A program made the translations under genes and the position numbers. The notes under the pieces are model-generated. The model worked only from the letters and a program-made list of their open reading frames with translations, had not been told where the DNA came from and ran no database searches. A DNA stretch of 64,000 nt from Candidatus Eiseniibacteriota bacterium (GTDB taxonomy: Bacteria > Eisenbacteria > RBG-16-71-46 > CAZAMP01), in assembly GCA_965224245.1 (NCBI GenBank), contig OZ245046.1, positions 832,001 through 896,000 of the forward strand, in the 5' to 3' direction. Within the stretch, counting starts at the first letter, position 1. Every line of letters starts with the position of its first letter. Positions 44,022 to 54,812 of the stretch are shown in pieces.

Positions 44022-46661
44022 ATGGCACTCACGAGTGGAACACGGCTCGGCCCCTACCAGATCATCGACTCCATCGGCGCCGGTGGGATGGGGGAGGTCT
44101 ACCGCGCGCTCGACACGCGCCTCGATCGGAACGTGGCCATCAAGGTCCTGCCCGATCACCTGTCGCGGAACCCCCAGCTCCGCCAGCGGTTCGACCGCGA
44201 GGCTCGCGCCCTCTCGAACCTCCAGCACCCCGGGATCTGCACGCTGCACGACGTCGGTCACGAGAGCGGGGTCGACTTCCTGGTCATGGAGTACCTGGAC
44301 GGCGAGACGCTGGCCCAGCGCCTGGCGAGTGGCCCCATGTCCCTCGACGACGTGCTGACCACCGGGACCCAGATCACCGAGGCCCTCGACGCCGCGCACC
44401 GGGCCGGTGTCGTCCACCGGGACCTGAAGCCCGGCAACGTCATCCTGACCGCGACCGGCGCCAAGCTCCTCGACTTCGGGCTAGCGAAGCGATCGGCGAC
44501 CGAGGAGACGCCGCACTCGGTGTTCACGCAGGTCGCGACCGAGGCCGCGTCCGAGCCCCTGACTCAGGAGGGCACGATCCTGGGCACGTTCCAGTACATG
44601 TCGCCCGAGCAGCTCGAGGGCGCCGAGGCCGACGCCCGGAGCGACATCTTCTCGCTGGGGGCGGTGCTCCACGAGATGGTGACCGGCCACAAGGCGTTCG
44701 AGGGGAAGAGCCAGGCCAGCCTCATCGCGGCCATCATGCAGTCGCAGCCGCCGGCGCTGTCGACCGTGCAGCCGATGTCGCCGCCTGCCCTGGAGCGGAT
44801 CGTGCGAACGTGCCTCGAGAAGTCCCCCGCGGACCGATGGCAGACCGCGCACGACATCGCGATCCAGCTGAGGTGGGTGCGCGAAGGCGGCTCCGAGGCC
44901 GGGGTTCCGCGTCCGGTCTCGGCTCGACGGCGAGGGCGCGAGCGCATCGCGTGGGTGATCGCTGTGATCGCGGTCGCGGCGGCGGTGGCGCTGGGGGTCC
45001 GCGCCCTTCGCGAGCCCGCGCCGGAGGAGGGCTCGCGGATCCGGTTCTCGATCCCGGCGCCGGCCGGCGTCGTCGACGTGGGGTCGCCGCGCATCTCACC
45101 CGACGGCCGCACGATCGCGTTCAACGGCACGGACACCACGCAGACGACACGGATCTGGCTCCGACGGCTGGACTCGGTCGAGGCCGTGCCGCTGCCCGGC
45201 ACCGAGGGGTGTGGGCGACCGTTCTGGTCGCCTGACGGGCGGCACCTCGCGTACTTCGTGGGAGAGGAGCTCGAGCGGATCTCCATCGGCGGTGGCCCGC
45301 CACTGACGCTCTGCCGGGCCCAGGGCTACGACGGAGCGTGGGGACGCGACGTGATGGTGTTCGACGGGTCGGTGGGCGACTCCATCCGCGCGGTTCCGGT
45401 CGGAGGCGGGGAGATCCGCGGGGTGACCCGGCTGGATCGGGCGCGCGGCGACACCGGGCATGGGTGGCCGTTCTTCCTTCCCGACGGGCGCCGGTTCCTG
45501 TTCGTGGCCATGATGCCGGGCGCCGACGAGATCCGTCTCGGCGAGGTCGGGAGCTTCGAGACCACGCGCGTGGCGGCCGGCGACTCGCGCGTGGAGTACG
45601 TGCACCCCGGCTACATCGTGTACGAGCGCGAAGGCACGCTGCTCGCGCAGCCGTTCGACCTCGACGCCGGCCGGGTCAGCGGCGACCCCTTCGCGCTGGC
45701 CGCCGGGATCGGGGTCGGCGGCTCCGGGCTCGCGCACTTCTCGGGCTCGTCGACTGGCACGCTGATCTACACCGAGAGCGCCAACAGCAACCGCGAGCTC
45801 CTGTGGCTCGACCGCGAAGGGCACGAGCTCGGCACGGTGGGAGAGCCGGCAGCGTACTGGCATCCGGCACTGTCACCGGACGAGGAGCGACTCGCCGTGG
45901 AGGTCTTCGGCCTCGATCGCGTTCCGGACGTGTGGATCTTCGATCTCGCGCGCGGACTCCGCTCCCGGTTCACGTCCGGAGGCCGGAACGTGGATCCCGT
46001 CTGGTCACCGGACGGGTCGCGCATCGTCTTCACGTCGGACCGAGACGGCACCAACGCGCTCTACGTGAAGAAGGTCGACGGAGACCGCACCCCTCGGAAG
46101 CTCGTCGAGCGCTCGACCACGCTGTATGCCCACGACTGGGCGCCCGACGGTCGGATCGTGTTCCTGGCGCGCAGCCCCACGGGACTGGGTCTGTCCACGA
46201 TCACGCTCGACGAGCCCGACCGCATCCGCCCGTTGTTTCACACTCCGGCGACGGAGGGCCAGGGCCAGGTCTCGCCGGACGGCAGGTACGTCGCGTACAC
46301 GTCCGACGAGAGCGGGGCGGCGAACGTCTACGTGACGGAGTTCGTCGACGGCGGACGCACGTGGCAGGTCTCGACCCACGGGGGATCCGAGGCGATGTGG
46401 CGCGGTGATGGTCGCGAGCTGTTCTACCTCTCCCCCGACCGGAAGATGATGGCGGTGGACCTGACGCCGGGGAACGGGCTGAAGCTGGGGATCCCGCACG
46501 CGCTGTTCCGGACGCCCGTGCAGCGAGACCGTATCGTGCGGAACCGGTACGTTGTGAGCGGGGATGGTCAGCGGTTCCTGGTGGCGGCGGTCGTGGATCG
46601 CGATGGGGTGCCGATGACGAGCGTGATCGTGAACTGGACGGCGGGGCTTTCGGATCGTTGA
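44022..46661 (+). CDS. Hanks-type Ser/Thr protein kinase with TM and TolB-like (PD40) beta-propeller
   Basis: GAGGMGEVY, VAIK, HRDLKPGN, DFG, YMSPEQ; repeated SPDG/PDG blades. Confidence 0.95.
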   Translation: MALTSGTRLGPYQIIDSIGAGGMGEVYRALDTRLDRNVAIKVLPDHLSRNPQLRQRFDREARALSNLQHPGICTLHDVGHESGVDFLVMEYLDGETLAQRLASGPMSLDDVLTTGTQITEALDAAHRAGVVHRDLKPGNVILTATGAKLLDFGLAKRSATEETPHSVFTQVATEAASEPLTQEGTILGTFQYMSPEQLEGAEADARSDIFSLGAVLHEMVTGHKAFEGKSQASLIAAIMQSQPPALSTVQPMSPPALERIVRTCLEKSPADRWQTAHDIAIQLRWVREGGSEAGVPRPVSARRRGRERIAWVIAVIAVAAAVALGVRALREPAPEEGSRIRFSIPAPAGVVDVGSPRISPDGRTIAFNGTDTTQTTRIWLRRLDSVEAVPLPGTEGCGRPFWSPDGRHLAYFVGEELERISIGGGPPLTLCRAQGYDGAWGRDVMVFDGSVGDSIRAVPVGGGEIRGVTRLDRARGDTGHGWPFFLPDGRRFLFVAMMPGADEIRLGEVGSFETTRVAAGDSRVEYVHPGYIVYEREGTLLAQPFDLDAGRVSGDPFALAAGIGVGGSGLAHFSGSSTGTLIYTESANSNRELLWLDREGHELGTVGEPAAYWHPALSPDEERLAVEVFGLDRVPDVWIFDLARGLRSRFTSGGRNVDPVWSPDGSRIVFTSDRDGTNALYVKKVDGDRTPRKLVERSTTLYAHDWAPDGRIVFLARSPTGLGLSTITLDEPDRIRPLFHTPATEGQGQVSPDGRYVAYTSDESGAANVYVTEFVDGGRTWQVSTHGGSEAMWRGDGRELFYLSPDRKMMAVDLTPGNGLKLGIPHALFRTPVQRDRIVRNRYVVSGDGQRFLVAAVVDRDGVPMTSVIVNWTAGLSDR

Positions 46662-46812
46662 TCCGCCCGGGGAGGTTGTCGCCGTGTCGATGCGGGCGTC
46701 ACCGGCGGCGTTGACGGGCTTCTCGGGGGCCTGACGGGCCGCTCACGGCCGGGTGAGTTGACCTCGCCGGAGGGGGCTGCGATGATCGGTGACTTCCAAT
46801 CGCTTGTCGCGT

Positions 46813-46888
46813 GACCCGGTAGCTCAGGTGGTAGAGCAACGGCCTTTTAAGCCGTGGGTCCTGGGTTCGAGCCCCAGCCGGGTCACCA
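46813..46888 (+). tRNA. tRNA-Lys (anticodon TTT)
   Basis: GACCCGG/CCGGGTC acceptor, ACGGC-CTTTTAA-GCCGT anticodon arm, GTTCGAG T-loop, encoded CCA. Confidence 0.97.
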
Positions 46889-47083
46889 ATGATGTGCTCG
46901 TATCGACTGTGATCGCAATAGGTTGTGGCGGTGCTGTGTCACGTCTACCGCTCTCCCACGCCCATCTAGCTACTTCCCGCCTGGATCTTCCGTTTCCTTT
47001 CCCGCCTGCCGATCAATTGAGGAGCCGGGCTGGTCCGTCAGGGGCCGGTTGGGGACGTCACGGTTCAACTCGTGGGAGAGCGC

Positions 47084-47395
47084 ATGCGAGATCCAGCAGA
47101 GGTGGTCAACGACATCGTGGGCGCGGTGAAGGAGCAGGGCATCTCGCAGGTGCCGGGCTACGTCCGCTTTGTCTATCGTCGGCAGACTCCCGCTTCGGTT
47201 GTCTTGGAGCGAAGGAACGGCAGAGATGTGGCAGTTCCCTTCTCGAAGCTTCGCACCGCGATCGAAGCAGTTCGAGAGGATCACTCTGTCTACATCTCCG
47301 GTCCACACTGCCTGCGAAAGTACGGCATCACGCACATCAACTCGCCCACGTGGTCACTGATCCGCCTGCTTCCCCTCAACAGATTGATCGACTAA
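47084..47395 (+). CDS. hypothetical protein
   Basis: About 103-aa ORF with GGGAGAG before ATG; protein-like composition; family not recognised. Confidence 0.55.
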   Translation: MRDPAEVVNDIVGAVKEQGISQVPGYVRFVYRRQTPASVVLERRNGRDVAVPFSKLRTAIEAVREDHSVYISGPHCLRKYGITHINSPTWSLIRLLPLNRLID

Positions 47396-47522
47396 GTTCG
47401 GATCGACGCGCCCCGCTCGGGCGCTTCACCGAGAGGATGAAGCGGCAAGGTTGTCACGGCGCTGATTGATGGACGGTGAACCTTGGTCGCGTCGATAGTC
47501 TCGGGGCTCGTCAGTGGAGGTG

Positions 47523-48418
47523 ATGGTGAGCGGTACCACGAGAAAAACGATATTCGAGCAGGCTTCGAGAAAGCTTCGTCAGGACTTCGACGAGTTATCG
47601 ATCGTCCCTCACAACGTATTGAAGGGCAGTGAAGCCGAGAAGCTAGTCCGTGATTTTCTGAGCGCACACTTGCCGAAACGATTTGGAGTCGGAGCTGGCT
47701 TCATCATCGACCCATCGGATGACGTCTCGAAACAGACGGACATCATCGTCTACGATGCCCTCAACTGTCCGATCTATCGCGCATCCGAGGACGCCTCGAT
47801 TTTTCCAAGCGATAATGTCGCTGCCGTAGTCGAAGTTAAGTCTCGGCTCACCACGGGTAGTCTCAAGAGCGCGTTTCTCAACCTCCGCAGAGCGAAGTCT
47901 CTGCGTAAGCGCGGAGCGGCATCGGACTGGGGACCGGAACGTACTCAAACGCTGGGGTGTGTGTTTGCATTCAAGAGTGACATCTCCGTCGAGAAGCTCG
48001 GTGAGCACTTTGCGAAGCAGACGAGAGAAGCTGGCCTAGGCCCCCATCCGGATCTTCTAGTGGTTCTGGACGAATGCGTTGTCATGATGGCGTGCAATCT
48101 TCCGAATCGCCCAGGCTGGAACCCTGTCTTCTTCGAGGGCTTCGGGGAGAAGACGCAGAAGGAGCTCACGTAGGCGTGGCTGTAGGCGAGACTGGTCTCG
48201 ACAGCCTCGACTACTTTCTACGTTTCTTCCTGGTCAATATCGCGAACTTTCGTCACACAATGGATGTTCCGCCGTTTGACTGGACATCGACGCCGTCTGA
48301 GGGGAAAGTGCAGATCACGTACCTCACCTCACTTACGAACGAGTCCGATCCAGCGAAGCGAGAGAGTAACCTCATTCGATATGCCGCAGCGGCGAAGAGA
48401 GACCTCGCCGCTCAATGA
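47523..48418 (+). pseudogene. DUF6602-like (PD-(D/E)xK nuclease-like) gene split by a frameshift near 48143
   Basis: G.E.EKLVRDFLSAHLP..F.VG.G.IID...SKQTDIIVYD...VVEVKS; protein-like sequence continues in another frame after TTCGGGGAGAAGAC. Confidence 0.65.
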
Positions 48419-48550
48419 GCGCACGGAACTGATCGGCGAGCACCAATACGAGCGGCCCGGTCCGTGGAACGTGCCGAAGGGGAACTCGGAGGAGTGCCCG
48501 TTGCGGGCCAGTCGCTTCAAGGATCTGGGGCAGAAGACGACGGAGCAGCA

Positions 48551-49045
48551 TTAGCGAGTGGTCTCGAAGATTGATTCGAGCTTTCCGTTCACGCACGTGT
48601 AGCAGGTGGTTCGATTGTACGTCCAATACGTCCGCGAAACGTAGTTTTCAGCGCTGTAGGTGTCTGTGAGCTCGATCTCTCCTTTGAGAAGGGCCTGAAG
48701 GCAGAATTCGGAGATGCCGATCTTCAGCGCGGGGCAGAGTTCTCGAAGTCGTTTCGCATCTTCTTCTCTTTGCTTGTCGTTCTCTATTCGTTGGAGTCTT
48801 AGCTTCGCCTCGATCTCCGCTGCCTGTGCGTTTCGAACCGCCATCATGCTGTCGACATAGGCCGCTACGCTGTCCTGCTTGGCTTGTACCCGGGCCCGCT
48901 CTTTGGCTTCCCGAACGACCTGAAGAGCTTCAAGGCTATCCCGACGGGCGGCGAGCCGGAGCATCCGATCTTCGTGTGAGATTTGCGGGCTGCAAGACAC
49001 GACCGGCATGATCGAGATCAAGACAATCAGCCCAATCCTCGCCAT
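48551..49045 (-). CDS. hypothetical exported protein / possible lipoprotein
   Basis: MARIGLIVLISIMPVVSC hydrophobic leader with Cys, coiled-coil middle, small C-terminal domain. Confidence 0.55.
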   Translation of the reverse strand: MARIGLIVLISIMPVVSCSPQISHEDRMLRLAARRDSLEALQVVREAKERARVQAKQDSVAAYVDSMMAVRNAQAAEIEAKLRLQRIENDKQREEDAKRLRELCPALKIGISEFCLQALLKGEIELTDTYSAENYVSRTYWTYNRTTCYTCVNGKLESIFETTR

Positions 49046-49117
49046 GGCGGCTAATTGCACAGCGCTCACGGGCATCTTCTCCAAGGAAGTTCAAAATCCT
49101 CGATCGTGTGGCTCGGA

Positions 49118-49282
49118 CCGGAGGTTTCCACGATGCCGTCTGGAACCACCGGGCCGTGCACGATGAGCTCCGCAAGCGACAAATCGAAGCGTTCAAAATC
49201 CTCGACGCCGGAGGTTTCCACGATGCCGTCTGGAACCACCGGGCCGTGCACGATGAGCTCCGCAAGCGACAAATCGAAGCGT
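49118..49282. repeat. 75-bp exact direct duplication (period 90)
   Basis: 49118-49192 equals 49208-49282; GTTCAAAATCCTCGA also precedes both copies (49089, 49191). Confidence 0.93.
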
Positions 49283-49360
49283 GACGCCGCTGGTCGCGAT
49301 GAGACCCATGACCGTGAACCCGCGCAGCTCGCCTGACCTCCGTAACATGTTGCTCCACAA

Positions 49361-49476
49361 ACCGTTCTGGAGTCCATCGGAATCCGCGGGAGCAACGTCG
49401 GCGAGATACGCGGTCAGCTCCTCAATCACAAACCGCTTGATGTCGCCTGTCGGGATCGATTCGGTCGCACAGGCGT
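49361..49476 (-). pseudogene. diverged fragment of the serine recombinase C-terminus
   Basis: ACATESIPTGDIKRFVIEELTAYLADVAPADSDGLQNG aligns with ACPTKSIPAGEIERFVIEELAGYLADVSPADADGLQNG of 51290-52555. Confidence 0.85.
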
Positions 49477-49771
49477 AGGACCCAAGGCCCCGTCGTGGTC
49501 CGATGGGCGGGACCCCTGTCGTCCTACCGAACCGGATCGACGCACCGGCCAACGGTCCGGTGTCGTCAATCTATGTCCCAGATGGCCCAGGTGCCTACGT
49601 CCACCTCCTCCACGTGCTCTGCCAAGTCGCCCGGCTGCAATGGCTCGCCCCCGGGAGCATGGCGTTCCAAGAGGCTCGTCCGCCTCCCAAACCAGTAGCG
49701 ATCCCGTGAATATCAGAGCGGGGACCCGTGTACTATTGTTTACATGGATCAGCAATCTATCAGGGGGAACG

Positions 49772-50734
49772 ATGAGTGCTTCAACGCCTAACGGTTCGTC
49801 GGAGAAGCCTCGCGCATGGGGGCTGTTGAGTGCGCTTGGGAGGGCGGCGGGATGGGTGCGACGAAATCCGGACACGACGATTGCACTGTTTGCCGGCGTC
49901 ATGATTCCCTTGTCGATCTTCGTTGTCGGGGCTTGGACAATCAAGGCATCCTCACGCGCAGCACTTCTCACGCTCGCGATCTCCCAACTGGAGAGGCGCT
50001 CGTCGCCGCCGGAACTACGTTCTCTTGCTGTGGACATACTCCGCCGCCACTCTCTCCTGGACAACGAGGAACTCTTCGAACGGATCGAAGGAGGCGAACT
50101 GTATCTCCTGATGGACGAGAGCGAAAGGCTCGACGACCATCAGTATGAAATCGATCGACTAGCACTCCTGTACGAGCAGTGGTACAGCGTCGCAGCCAGT
50201 GGCGATAGCTCCGATGTCGCGCTCACCTACGCAGCAACCGTGGGTGATCACCTTGTCAGCGAGTGCACGTCTATGGAGCGACGGTTACGCCAGATCGACA
50301 GCAGCCTGCTTCGACAACGTCCAAACCAGGAACTGGGTCGCCATGTGTACCTCGCCATCGCTAACGCGATTCCTGCAATCGTCCTCTTTCATCGCGGCGA
50401 TGAGCGAGCCAGTCGCTACGCATTGGCCGTGCTGAGAAACTGTGAAGACGGCGCGACAGCGTGGCGCGACATATCCGTGCGCGCGCAGCGACTGGGCATT
50501 GAAACCTCTGCCTTCGTGAAACAGGAATGGTATACTCATGATGTTGAGAGCCAACGTGTTCAGTTGCTCGCTTACAAGGCTTACGCGCTCACCATCCTTT
50601 TCGATGGAGGCGAAACCAGCAAAGCGGAGGCGTGCAGCGCCATCAAGACTGTAGACGACGAGAGGTACTTTCCCAATCGACCAGGCGACAATGCCATCCT
50701 GATACCAGTTGTTGAGCAGCTCGGTTGTCCGTAA
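49772..50734 (+). CDS. hypothetical membrane-anchored helical protein
   Basis: About 320-aa ORF, one TM near N-terminus; family not recognised. Confidence 0.65.
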   Translation: MSASTPNGSSEKPRAWGLLSALGRAAGWVRRNPDTTIALFAGVMIPLSIFVVGAWTIKASSRAALLTLAISQLERRSSPPELRSLAVDILRRHSLLDNEELFERIEGGELYLLMDESERLDDHQYEIDRLALLYEQWYSVAASGDSSDVALTYAATVGDHLVSECTSMERRLRQIDSSLLRQRPNQELGRHVYLAIANAIPAIVLFHRGDERASRYALAVLRNCEDGATAWRDISVRAQRLGIETSAFVKQEWYTHDVESQRVQLLAYKAYALTILFDGGETSKAEACSAIKTVDDERYFPNRPGDNAILIPVVEQLGCP

Positions 50735-50918
50735 ACGAAGGAGAACGACCATGCGTAGCATGCTGACGGCGCTTCTTGGCGGCCTGTTCGTGGTGAGCAT
50801 CTTCATCGGTACGCATAGCGCGGCCTTGAGCCAATTGTCGTAGGCGTCAGGGGGTCGCTTCGAAGACGCATCTGACGAGACCGATGGGCGGTTCGAGGTA
50901 CCAATCTCGGTACAACAC

Positions 50919-51293
50919 TCAGGCTACGAAGACGGGTTGGATCACCGATTGTTCGCGCCAGTCGGGAGCAGCGGCGATCATGAGCAAAGTCGGCTCGGGG
51001 ATTGCCACCTCTCCACAGAGCACACGCCGCTGGATCGCAGCGGATAGATCGAGCAATCGCAGAATCTGTGTCACCCGCGCCGGGGTGACCCCCGCGATCT
51101 TCGCTAGCCTCGTCTGAGTCGGCACATCACCGCTGGCGAGCAGTGCGTTCATCCGATGGGCAAGGGCGAGGAGTTCGGCGGCGCGGGTTGGACGTTCTCC
51201 TGAGACGATGTCAGGCTCGTCCCCACTGCGTAGGTCCCGCCGCCCATCACGCCCGTTGCCGATGTGAACGGCCCGGGAGACCCTGCGACTCAT
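50919..51293 (-). CDS. HTH-like protein associated with DUF2924/recombinase modules
   Basis: LALAHRMNALLASG...RLAKIAGVTPARVTQILRLLDLSAAIQ; ATGA overlap with the recombinase. Confidence 0.75.
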   Translation of the reverse strand: MSRRVSRAVHIGNGRDGRRDLRSGDEPDIVSGERPTRAAELLALAHRMNALLASGDVPTQTRLAKIAGVTPARVTQILRLLDLSAAIQRRVLCGEVAIPEPTLLMIAAAPDWREQSVIQPVFVA

Positions 51294-52555
51294 GCCGTCT
51301 CATCTCGAAACGTGATCGTCACGCGACCGGCCCCGCGGTCGTAGACCACGCAATCGATCCAGCCGCGGACCACCGCAGCTCGCGAGCCGTTCTGGAGCCC
51401 GTCGGCGTCGGCAGGGGAGACATCGGCCAGGTACCCGGCCAACTCCTCGATCACGAACCGCTCGATCTCCCCGGCCGGGATCGACTTCGTCGGACAGGCG
51501 TCGAACCCGAAATCCTTCGTGGTCCGACAGACGTAGTAGCGATACCGACGTGGCCCTCTCGTCGTGTGCTTCGGCACCATGGCCTTGTCGCAGTGACCGC
51601 AGCGCAGGAGGCCGCGGAGCAGGGCAGGCGAGCTTCCGGTGATCGCACCGGTCAGGTCCGGGCCGTTGCGGCGTAGCTGGTCCTGGACGGCGGCGAACGT
51701 TGCCTCGTCCGCGATGGCGTCATGCTCGCCGTCGAGCACCTCGCCCTTGAACGCGACCTTCCCGATGTAGACGACGTTCTTGAGCGTCCGGTTGACCCAG
51801 TTCTTGGAGATGGGCTTGCCGCCGCAGCGGTTGCCGGTCTTGGAGGTCCACGCCTTCGTGGTCCAGCCTCGGCGGTGCAGTTCCTGGACGACGGGGAGGA
51901 TGGAGCCGAGGTCCAGGTAGAGGCGGAAGACCTCGACGACTTGCTTCGCCTCTTGGCGGTTGACCACGAGGCGACCGCCATCGGGGTGGACGTCGTAGCC
52001 GAGGGGAGGCGTGCCCCCGATCCACCTCCCGCGCCGCCGGGCTGCGTGAACCTTGTCCCGGACGCGCTCCCGGATGGTTTCCCGCTCGAACTCCGCGAAC
52101 CCGACGATCATGTGAAGCATCATCTTGCCTGCGGGCGTCGCGGTGTTGAAGTGCTCGGTGACGGAGACGAAGGTGACGCCGTGGCGGTCGAGTTCATCGG
52201 TGATGGCCAGGAAGTCGCGAGGAGATCGTGATAGCCGGTCATACCGGTACACCAGGACGCAGTCGACCTTCCCGGACCGCACGTCGTCCAGCAGCCGCTG
52301 GAGGGCAGGTCGCTTCAGGGTGGCTCCACTGATGCCCTCGTCGTCGTATCGGGTGGCGATCGCCTTCCAGCCCTTCTCCCGCTGACTCCGGATGTACGCC
52401 TCCACGCTCTCCCGCTGGTTGTCGATTGAGGTGAACTCCGAGCCGGAGCGGTCCTCGACGGACTGCCGGCAGTACACGGCGCACCGGACGGTCTCCGCCC
52501 GGGGCTTCGTGCCGTTCCACCCTCGGCGGACCTGGGTGTGGACTTGGAGGGTCAC
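51290..52555 (-). CDS. large serine recombinase (resolvase + recombinase + zinc ribbon)
   Basis: CAVYCRQS catalytic Ser, YDDEGISG, RPALQRLL, DRLSRS, FAEFERE, PPLGY, LLRCGHC...YYVC. Confidence 0.95.
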   Translation of the reverse strand: MTLQVHTQVRRGWNGTKPRAETVRCAVYCRQSVEDRSGSEFTSIDNQRESVEAYIRSQREKGWKAIATRYDDEGISGATLKRPALQRLLDDVRSGKVDCVLVYRYDRLSRSPRDFLAITDELDRHGVTFVSVTEHFNTATPAGKMMLHMIVGFAEFERETIRERVRDKVHAARRRGRWIGGTPPLGYDVHPDGGRLVVNRQEAKQVVEVFRLYLDLGSILPVVQELHRRGWTTKAWTSKTGNRCGGKPISKNWVNRTLKNVVYIGKVAFKGEVLDGEHDAIADEATFAAVQDQLRRNGPDLTGAITGSSPALLRGLLRCGHCDKAMVPKHTTRGPRRYRYYVCRTTKDFGFDACPTKSIPAGEIERFVIEELAGYLADVSPADADGLQNGSRAAVVRGWIDCVVYDRGAGRVTITFRDETA

Positions 52556-53088
52556 GGCTTGCCGGACTCCTTGATCTTGAAGAACCGGGGACCGGACAGA
52601 TGTTGGCCGGTGATCGCGCGTGCCACGGCCGTCAGCGACCGGTACACCTCACCCCCATACTCGAACTCCCCGCCATCAAGCACGACGACCTCGTGCACAC
52701 GGCCGCGATAGCGGCGCACGAGGCGCGTACCGGGGAGGAGGGCTCCGGGTTCGCGGGTCTGGTTGATCTCGCGGGACGTGGCCTGTGTGGGCGACGTGGG
52801 CGCGGTCGGGGGCCAGTCCTTGGGCGGGTTCAGCCGCACCACGGCATTCGCGGCGAGTTCCTGGATGCGGGCCTTGGCCCGCTCGCTCAACCCCCCGTGC
52901 GCCTGCTCCTGGATCCGCCAGGCAATCCTACGGATGAGCCATTTTCGATTGTGCGAGTGCGATTGATATCCCCACCGCTCTGTGAACTCGGCGACCAGCT
53001 CCTTTGTCGCCATGCCCTCCAATCTGGCAATCTCGCGCTTAATGTCCAACCAGGTCTCCAGGTCGGTGGTTTCAGTCCTGGGGGACAT
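52552..53088 (-). CDS. DUF2924 domain protein
   Basis: LIRRIAWRIQEQAHGGLS, LPGTRLVRRYRGRVHEVVV, YRSLTAVARAITG..SGPRFF; start is ATG 53088 or TTG 53049. Confidence 0.88.
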   Translation of the reverse strand: MSPRTETTDLETWLDIKREIARLEGMATKELVAEFTERWGYQSHSHNRKWLIRRIAWRIQEQAHGGLSERAKARIQELAANAVVRLNPPKDWPPTAPTSPTQATSREINQTREPGALLPGTRLVRRYRGRVHEVVVLDGGEFEYGGEVYRSLTAVARAITGQHLSGPRFFKIKESGKP

Positions 53089-53299
53089 GACCGCTCTCTC
53101 TGCCCGGGACATCAAGTGAATCCTCTCTGGTTTGTACAGCGGCGTATCGCGAGCGAGACGCCTATTCGCCCGGGCGAGGAGGGTGGTGAGGTCGCACGGC
53201 GGAGGTTGAGCGCGCCTGTCGGGGTTGATAGACACAGTTACTGCCCTCCCTACATGAAGAAGGGCGGGTTGAACCGTACCGGGTTCTCCGGAGAGCTGG

Positions 53300-54633
<1,334 letters not shown>

Positions 54634-54812
54634 GGAGGTATCCTCTCAAGGAATACACCCTCCGGCAAACCCGGCGTGGTTCATTCCCGCAGTTGAGAGC
54701 TTCGCCATCTGACCCACTCCACTGGTGGGCTGAGCGGGCCGTGATATCATTGAGGCGTCGTGAAGCCGCAAGAGGCCCGCCGAACGATCACATAGCGCCT
54801 GGAGGTGTTGGT

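Noticed and set aside
49503-49709. 68-aa ORF as a gene
   Set aside because: No recognisable motif or RBS; lies among scars; unsupported.
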